Below are positions 55,560 through 64,000 of a stretch of 64,000 nucleotides of DNA, in pieces (within the stretch, counting starts at the first letter, position 1; each line of letters begins with the position of its first letter). This DNA comes from the human T2T-CHM13v2.0 reference genome, Homo sapiens: assembly GCF_009914755.1 (NCBI RefSeq), contig NC_060947.1; one strand, given 5' to 3'. The translations under genes were made by a program, and so were the position numbers. The notes under the pieces were generated by a model, which saw nothing but the letters and a program-made list of their open reading frames with translations, was not told the DNA's origin and did not search any database.

Positions 55560-57790
55560 TTATTTTATCTGAAGCTTGCAAAAAAATCTAAGGACAAGAG
55601 AAAGTTGTTTTTTCAGTTATGTAGAGAGCAGAAGACAACCAAGGAAGGCAGAGGTCTGCTGCTTGGGGCAGGTGGTATAGTACTGATGGATGAGAGAGAG
55701 GGGAAGGTTTTGTTTTCTCTGTTAAGGAGAATGACGACAGAGAATATTGATTCAGAGTTACCAAAGCCAAAAATGGATGAAGGGATTGTAAAAGAGCATC
55801 TAAATTCTTTAACTGAGTTCAAGTTTTCTAGCTAGGAAGAATCACTCCTTATAGAGAACATGCAAATGGGGTTTAGAACTTTTTTGTGTAATTATTGAGA
55901 AATAGTGGGCACCAGAAGATTAGAGATGGTTAAATATAGTTCTGACTTCAAGAAGAATCAGAAATGTGCCCCACAACCTGCATGGAGGGAGCTTTATGTT
56001 GATTTGGAAAAGATCTTCAATTGTATTATGAAACAGTTGTTTTTTTAGCTCTTAGATGAGGAAATGATGTTTACAGACACTGTGACTAGAAACAAATTTT
56101 TTCAAGTGGTTCTTATTTCCTTTTAAACAGAGTTACCAACCTGGTAAGGTTTCTCATGACACCTTTACAGATAAGTTGGGGGAAATATCAGTGAAGAGAG
56201 TGGCTTTCAAACTTGTTTTGACTGTGACACTCACTAAAAACTGTATTTTACACCATTATCCAGTTGAAATAAAAATATTATGAAACACTACTCACCCTCA
56301 TTACACATGATACACCTTGATTTTTAAAATTGTGTTTCACCTTTTTAAAAAGCTGGTCATAGGCCATTATATTGATTTCCCAATGTATTATGAAGAATCA
56401 CAATGAGTAGGTGAGAGTTCAAACACATGGGTTCATAATCTAACAGATAACTAGTCTATTGGTGCCACAATTGCACCTACCTATCCATCAATTTTATAAT
56501 GGATGAAGGCATAGAAGGCATTCATCAGATACATAGGCGACACAAGGCTGGGAAGGATAGTGAAAATATTAGATGATATCAGAAGAGTATAAAGAATTGG
56601 ACTAACTCAAACAACATGGAATTGAATAGAGACTAAGGCAGGACCCAGCAGTATGTTGTAAATCACTAATGGTGCAAGTGTAAGATGAGGAGATGGGAAT
56701 GAGAGACACGTGAATTTTTAGTTTTCTGTAATTACATCACATCATATGTCAAATGTGTGATACAGCTGTGAAAAAATCCCGGTCAACTTTAGCTGTGGTT
56801 CTTTAATCTGTGCCCTTTATTTCTTTAGCATTTTGCAAAAGTGCCTTTGAGGTCACCATGCAAGCTACCATCACACGGAAGTAAGCTTGAATAAAGAAGG
56901 TTCTGGGACACCACCTCTTGTTTGAATCTGCTGTTTGCATCTATTTTATAAATTGAGACTGATTTGTTTGAAGTAAATGTTCTGTGGCTAAAGTTTTTTT
57001 TTTTTAAACAATCAATGGGCAAAAGGAAAAGAAACAATATAGAAAGGGAGTTGTGACAGTTCCCATTCTACCTCTGAGTACTCAGAGCACATCTGGATTA
57101 TTTTATTCATTCTGGAAGCCATGGTGGCTTCCATTCTGGAAGAATGGTGAAGGAACTCAAAACCATGTAAAATGAAGTATAGTTAAATGAAGTGGGAATG
57201 TGACTTAAGAGGCATGAAAGAGTTGTTTTCTTGTACTAAGAGGGCTGTCACGTGGAGGAGGCAGTTTAATGTAATTTGGTGAAAATAATGTGGGCTTTGG
57301 CGTCAGGTTGACCAGGTTCAAATTCCAACTCAGCCACTTATTGGTTGTGCGGCCTTAACCAAGTTACTCAATTCCTCTGAATCTTGTTTTTCATATGTAT
57401 TAAAAACAGGGGAACATAATACCTATCTTGAAGGATTGTCATGAGGATTAAATAAGATAACATATATAAACGTACCCAGTATTGTGCTTGATTCACTAGT
57501 AGATTGATCTCATAGAATATAGATTAAATTTATAATTCAAGAAAGCCTGAACAGTTGCAGTAAGACTGGATGGTGAAAGTTAAAGGAAGACAAAAAGTCA
57601 AAGGGATCCAAGAAGAGCTTGTCATCAGTCAGAGGTATTCAAAGATGGAATGTGCTGCCTGGGGGAGGTAGTACTAATTCCCTAACACAGGAAGCATTTG
57701 AAAATAGGTTGGATTGTTACTACATGGTCAGAATATTCTGGAGAGGAGTCAAGCATCAAATAACTGAGAAGAGTAAGATTCCTAGTGGAC
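55560..57790 (+). mobile_element. Ancient CR1/L3 LINE relic (RT region to 3' end), interrupted by younger insertions
   Basis: Collinear CR1-type motifs: actgagttcaagttttc, aaggtttctcatgac, ggcgacacaaggctggga (DTxLG, as in FADDTKLG), gagcacatctgga, gagggctgtcacgtggagg, caaagatggaatgtgctgcct. Confidence 0.7.
57262..57505 (+). mobile_element. MIR SINE nested in L3
   Basis: gggctttggcgtcagg...ggttcaaattccaactcagccactta...gaggattaaataagataac. Confidence 0.8.
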
Positions 57791-58559
57791 TAGTTCAATA
57801 GATGTAATATATGAGGACAAAGTTTGCTCCTCCAAAGAATGTTACCTTCCTTCCTGCACAACTATGGATGATGCTTCCCCTACCCGTGTTAGACCCATCT
57901 GACAAATGGGTGCTGTTGGAAACCAGTGGGAAACACACAAATCATCCAATAAGCACTTATGAAGCCCTGGCTGTGTATCTGGATGCTCTAGACAAACACC
58001 TCAAAGTGTGTACCTTATGGGCAGTAGGTCAACAGGATTTCCTATGCATGCAAAAGGTCCATCTTGCTTGTGTATCTCCTATTGGGCTGACTTTGGGAAA
58101 AGCATTAGGCTGGCTCCAAGGAGTAACTTGCTATCCCATCAAGAAACTTGCTCTAACTCCCAATTCCATTCTAGTCAGGCATCAGATGGAAGTGAGTTAC
58201 CAGAGCAGGATGATTCAAAAGCAGCAACAGAAATAAAGCACCCAGTGTCTTGATAATCAACTCATCTCCTGAAGTGAAAGGCCTGGTTGCTTATAGCAGT
58301 GCTTACAAAGGGCAGTTATGCTTCAGAGTTTATACTGAGAGTTCAGTTTCAGATTTCAGTAAAGCAAAAAAAGATATTGATTTTGAACAAATGGATGATT
58401 TTATTGTCAAAGCAAATTTCATTTCTTGAGATGATTAGATTTTATTAAACTCTTTCCTAACTGCCACTAAACACACATTCTGTGAATAAACAGCATATTC
58501 TTCAACCAAGCGGCATTTGTCACTCAGCTAAATACAATGCTATTTGGCCATCTCCAGAG

Positions 58560-58810
58560 GTTGGAAAAATGCACACTTGGGTTCAGAAAGCTTGTGCCAA
58601 AATCTTAGTTATATCACTCAATAACTCTATGGTCATAGCACAATATATAATCCCTCCGACTAACAGTTTTCTCCTCTGGCAGATGGGGATAATAATATCT
58701 ACCTCTCAAGGGTGGTTGCATTGTGTAGACAAAATAGAATAGTGTAAATTAGATTCTTAGCATAGTTCCTGGTACATAGTGAGCTCTCTATAAGTGGTAG
58801 CAGTTATTCT
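58560..58810 (+). mobile_element. MIR SINE
   Basis: cagttttctcctctggcagatggggataataatatctacctc...cttagcatagttcctggtacatagtgag. Confidence 0.75.
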
Positions 58811-59829
58811 TAGACTTACTATAGGACTTAATGATCTGCTAAAGATTAGGACAAGCCCTGAGAACTGATTCTTCTTTGGGCTTAGGTTTGCCACAGAAAA
58901 GTACAGAAGATGAAGGCAAGTAAGATGAAGAGGACCATTCTCTCATATCACTTTCTAACCTCCATAGGTACTATGCTAGTATACATGGGCCTTTCTTTGT
59001 TGGAGATCTTTTGGTTTTGAAATGCTGGAATGCTGGAAAGGTAACAAGAAACTTTAGAAATTTGGTTGTATTTCTGTGGAGACACCTTTGTGGAGTTGGA
59101 AGGAACCTTGAGAAAACAGTTGGTCCATTTTCCTGGCTCCAGAGAGGCCTGTATGTCAAGCATTCATAGATTATTGCTATCCAATATTTGCTTGAAAAGT
59201 TTCAAAAGGTGGGAACTCCACAAAAAATTTTTAAAAATATATGATGCTGCCATGTAGTGTTAGAAACAGTAAGCTTTTCTTAAGGTCTGATTCAAATCTT
59301 CATGTTGCAGCATAGGCCTCTATTTTCTCTCCTGTCCATTCCTGTCAGCAGAAACAATGCACTCTCATTTAGACATTTGTCTGTGCCCTCACCCGTCAAT
59401 ATATTTTGATTTACTGAAATATGAAACTCAGCACTGTGTAAGCTCAGCTGGATCACTGTAAGTACTACTATAAACAACTGGGGCTTTGCTCTTGGTGGGT
59501 GTTATGAAGCTCCCTGCTCAGCTTTCTTCTCTCTAGCTGAAGATGGCCCATGTTCTTAAGTACAGTCATGGGAAACATCGGTTGCCAATCTGTCACAGTT
59601 GTCTAAACAGATGGGAAGCTCTGGTCATAATGGCTGAGCATCTAGGAAGCTGTGCCACACACAGGCTTTCTCCTGGTAAACTCTCTATCAACTGACCCAT
59701 CAATTTCATTCGGTGTTCTCCAGCTTTAGTCCACCTGTGCCACATCTGGGTGCTGATCTGCCCACACCTGAGAGCTGATTTGCTTCAATGCCAAAGCCTC
59801 TTCTTCCCAGCCAAACATCTCAAAGAAGT

Positions 59830-60990
59830 GATCTATTTTCCGTTTCTCCATTTCCTCACTTCCTACTCTGCCGCTGGTATCTGACTCTCATTAATTAGCA
59901 CTCTATCAAAGGTACTCTTATCAGAGGCGTTAATGCTGTGAAATCTAATGGCTTCTTTAAAAAGCACCTCATTTTTTATGATCCCTAAGCAGCATTTGAT
60001 ACTGACCATTCCCTTCCTCTTGAAAAACTTGCGTCTCTTGGCTTTTTTGACACCTTCATGGTTTTCCACCTAATTGCCAGGTCTCCTTCTCTCAGCCTCC
60101 TTTGTGGGTTCTCATTCCTCCGTTTTTTCTTGAATACTGGTGTTCCATAGAGTTTGGTCTTGAGCCTTCTCCTCTTTTTTATGCTGTGTACCCTCCGTGA
60201 GAGAGCTCATCCACTCCCCTATTTACCATTGCCATGTGTAAACTAATAGCAATCACAACTCTAATCTGTAGTTAGACCTCAAGCTTTAAACCTGTATCCA
60301 ATTTCCTGCCAGATATCTTTATCTGGATGCCACACAGGCACCTCAACGTACCCCAAACTGAACCCATCATCCAACCATCAAGCAAACCTGCTTCTCTTCC
60401 TCTTGTATTCCCTGTACCAGTGAATGGTACTACCATACACATGTTCCCTCAATTCTGAAATTGTCAGTCAACAAGTTATTTGATATTGGCTCCAATGTTT
60501 AATGAATCTATCTACCTTTCTATGAGATTTTAGGTTCAGCCATTAAAATTGCTTGCCTATGTAGCCTGCATAAAGCTGAGCAGTGTCATGGAAAGTCTCA
60601 TCCAGAGTTGTATCCCAAAGAAATATCAGCTGAACATCCCAAAAGCATTGGAAAACAGCTTAATTTTTATAGCAGTCCCTTGGAAAGGGGCTGATCATAT
60701 CTACATTGATATGTTTTTTCCTTGTCATACCTGGATTTCTTCAACTGTCTCTTAAGTGGTCTCCCTGCCTCTAGTGTTATTTTGCTTCACTTGGTTCTCC
60801 ATGCAACAGCTAGAATGATCTCTGAAAACTGATTTCCATGCTTAATACCATTTTAAAAATGCATTTCCCTTCTTAACGCTGTTATTATCTCTTCATTGTT
60901 CAGTATAACTTCATTATGCTTATAAGGCCCTTCACCATTTCACCCTCACTTACCTTTCTAGCTTCATCTCTCACTACTCTTTCATATTCT
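59830..60990 (+). mobile_element. L2 fragment(s)
   Basis: gcagcatttgatactgaccattcccttcctcttgaaa...ctcatccactccc...tctggatgccacacaggcacctcaa...ggtctccctgcctc. Confidence 0.7.
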
Positions 60991-62327
60991 TTTTACCATT
61001 ATGTCCTTTTGGTTCAGGTATAGATGTTAACTGTACCTGCTGAGCCCTTCCTATGCATGTTCCAGGAACACACAGTCTACTGTGGGAGACGGGTTGGATA
61101 CACAGTTTGCCAACAAAGATCAAATTACATTTAAGCATGGTGATACTAAATTCCAGTAAGGGATTGAAGCAACAGTGAGGACTAGAACCATCAAGGAAGG
61201 TTCCCATGGAAGAGGTGAGGTGTGAGGAGGATGGAGAATGGGATTTGGACCAGCAGAGGTACTTCCAGACTGGGGAAATGGGGCCATGAGAAGTAGGCCT
61301 TTAATAAAGGTAGAGGGTGATAATCTGGACACTAATCAATACAGTCTCCTTGTTTTGAGCCAGTCTGGGTGGACAAATTGGATTTACTCTTTAGTGTGTC
61401 TCAGGCACAGAACAGGAAATGGTGGATAGCAGCAGAGTTACTGGCCAAATAATCTGGACATAAAACCTGCTTTCTTTCCTGGTAAATCCTGCTGGCTTCT
61501 GCCATCCCCTTCTCATACCACACAACCTCCCCTGCCTCCAAAAAAATCTACTGTATCTCTAAAGCTAAAGTTGTGTACAGAAAGGGGAAAGAGGGTACTT
61601 CAGAGAAACTGAGGCTTGGAATGAAATGCCATAGAGAAAAGTTTCTGTCTCCTGGTTACCAGGGCTTCTTTTCAGTGGGCTGCATTGTATTTCCCAACCT
61701 GAAAAGGATGAGGTAGATTTTATGGTGGGAATTATGTTTGGAAAGTGTCATGTGAAAAAGAACCCTTCTCATGGTGATGATGATCATATGTTTGCTCTAC
61801 TAAGACAAATAATTCTCTTTTCAACATAACTTTTCTACACAGAAACAGAAAAGTTGTTTAGAGTTGACTGATTGCAATACTAAATGCCCTATTTTAAGTT
61901 AAAAATATCCCACAAGTGAATCATACATGTGCATCTTCTCTGTCCCTCCTCCTCCATACAAATACATTCACACCCTTCTTTATTGCCATAAATAATGCTC
62001 CTTTTCCTTGCCTTCTGCAGCATTTTGAATCATGGAAAGTTAGACTATTCTAGGACTTGATAGCCTGACCCATTCAAGTCTCTATTAAAAAAGGGTTTGT
62101 TCATTTTGTCAGTTTTCCAGGCCCAACTCCCCATTTCACTTTTGTAGTTGACTATATATGAACATTTCTTGAGTTTCTGGGGCAGGGCAGGGGCACATAG
62201 AGAAGCAGAAATTCAAAACAGGCCAGTGTTTTATAGAGTTGTATGCTCAAGGTGGGTGGAGGTGGCAGGAGATCTTAGAGTCAATGACTAAAGCAAGGTT
62301 TCTTAGGGGTGTGTTCCTTTTACTTAC

Positions 62328-62922
<595 letters not shown>

Positions 62923-62983
62923 TTTACCTTGTTTTTCTAGGTTTTAGGTGGTATGACAAATGAAGCAACAGGAATATCATAAC

Positions 62984-63324
62984 TGTGGGGTACACTGCTC
63001 ATTGCCTCCCCAGTAGCAACCCTTTACTCCTTGCTAACAGAACTCTGATTTTGGTTTAAGAATCAGGTAGCAATGTGCTCAGGGAAGGGGACCCACTTCT
63101 AAAGGGTCTGAATTCACTATGGAATCTCATTTCCCCTTTGCCAGTGACTGGTGAAGGCATGGGCATGTGACTCAATTCTGGCCAATGTGACACAAGAAGG
63201 AAATTTGCTGGCATCTTTGCCTATCTTTGGACAACTCGTTATGTGAGATAATTAAACTTTATTGTTTAAACAACTTTTAGACAAGTATTTTATTACTTGC
63301 AGACAAGACCATCCTCTGTGATAC
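62984..63324 (+). mobile_element. Old MaLR LTR (MLT1I/J-like)
   Basis: gggcatgtgactcaattctggccaatgtgaca...gttatgtgagataat...ttacttgcag...tgataca. Confidence 0.6.
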
Positions 63325-63778
63325 ACTAATCAATTTGAAAACTCTCAACATCCACTTTAGTTTTTTTGAAAAGATTATTTAATAATCTACTTTATTAGGG
63401 TCACAAATTTATGGAATGTTAGAGCTGGAAGGTTTGAGGACTGTCTAATCTATTTCCTTCATTTCTTGTTTCTGCAGACTAAAAAAGTCAGACACTGAAT
63501 GTTGGGACTATGCTGTATGCTCTATAATCTCTTTAAATGTCTAATACTGATTTTGTAGAATTGTGGTAAAATCAGAATTTTGGACCCAGATGAGAGCTAC
63601 ACTGAATTTTCTTTTATCCTCACTGGCCTAAAAAAAAACCCAAAAAAACACAGATTTCCTAAATAACAGTAAAATAGATCTCAGAGGGGATGTTGCTTTT
63701 ACTTAAGAAAACTTCCAAACACCCTAGAAATAGCTATTTATATACATGTGAATAACAACATGCTCATATATTCATTAA

Positions 63779-64000
<222 letters not shown>

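Noticed and set aside
57811-58236. 141-aa ATG-initiated ORF antisense to TENM1
   Set aside because: It has no recognisable homology or promoter context, and an ORF of this length can occur by chance in 64 kb. Ribo-seq or PhyloCSF support would be needed.

Overview
Primate (very likely human, Xq25) genomic DNA lying entirely inside the teneurin-1 gene TENM1 (ODZ1), which is transcribed on the minus strand. Five coding exons (35026-34660, 33209-32699, 18880-18708, 17657-17422, 4723-4427; 1584 nt, 528 codons) have GT-AG boundaries and matching phases. They encode the end of the NHL beta-propeller and the start of the YD-repeat shell. The rest is intronic and rich in interspersed repeats: about 12 Alus, young L1PA and old L1M/L2/L3 fragments, MIRs, a tRNA-derived ancient SINE, nine LTRs and hAT/TcMar relics. 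I found no CRISPR array, RNA gene or new multi-gene system, and nearly all ORF-track entries are repeat-derived or chance ORFs. The most unusual structures are: (1) a probable DNA-repair scar, where a 159-bp copy of an Alu/flank junction sits about 1 kb from its source and is fused to a 38-bp tandem repeat built from nested hairpins (49551-50778); (2) a poly(A)-tailed, TSD-flanked orphan retro-insertion carrying ancient L1M sequence (11003-11264); (3) an LTR10 solo LTR with a 28-bp AP-1 repeat array; (4) a twin-primed L1PA4 with a short 3' tag; (5) splicing features around the middle exons (110-nt AG-exclusion zone, GT-starting exons, flanking inverted Alus). Repeat subfamily names come from recalled consensus sequences, boundaries of old repeats are approximate, and all need RepeatMasker/Dfam confirmation.
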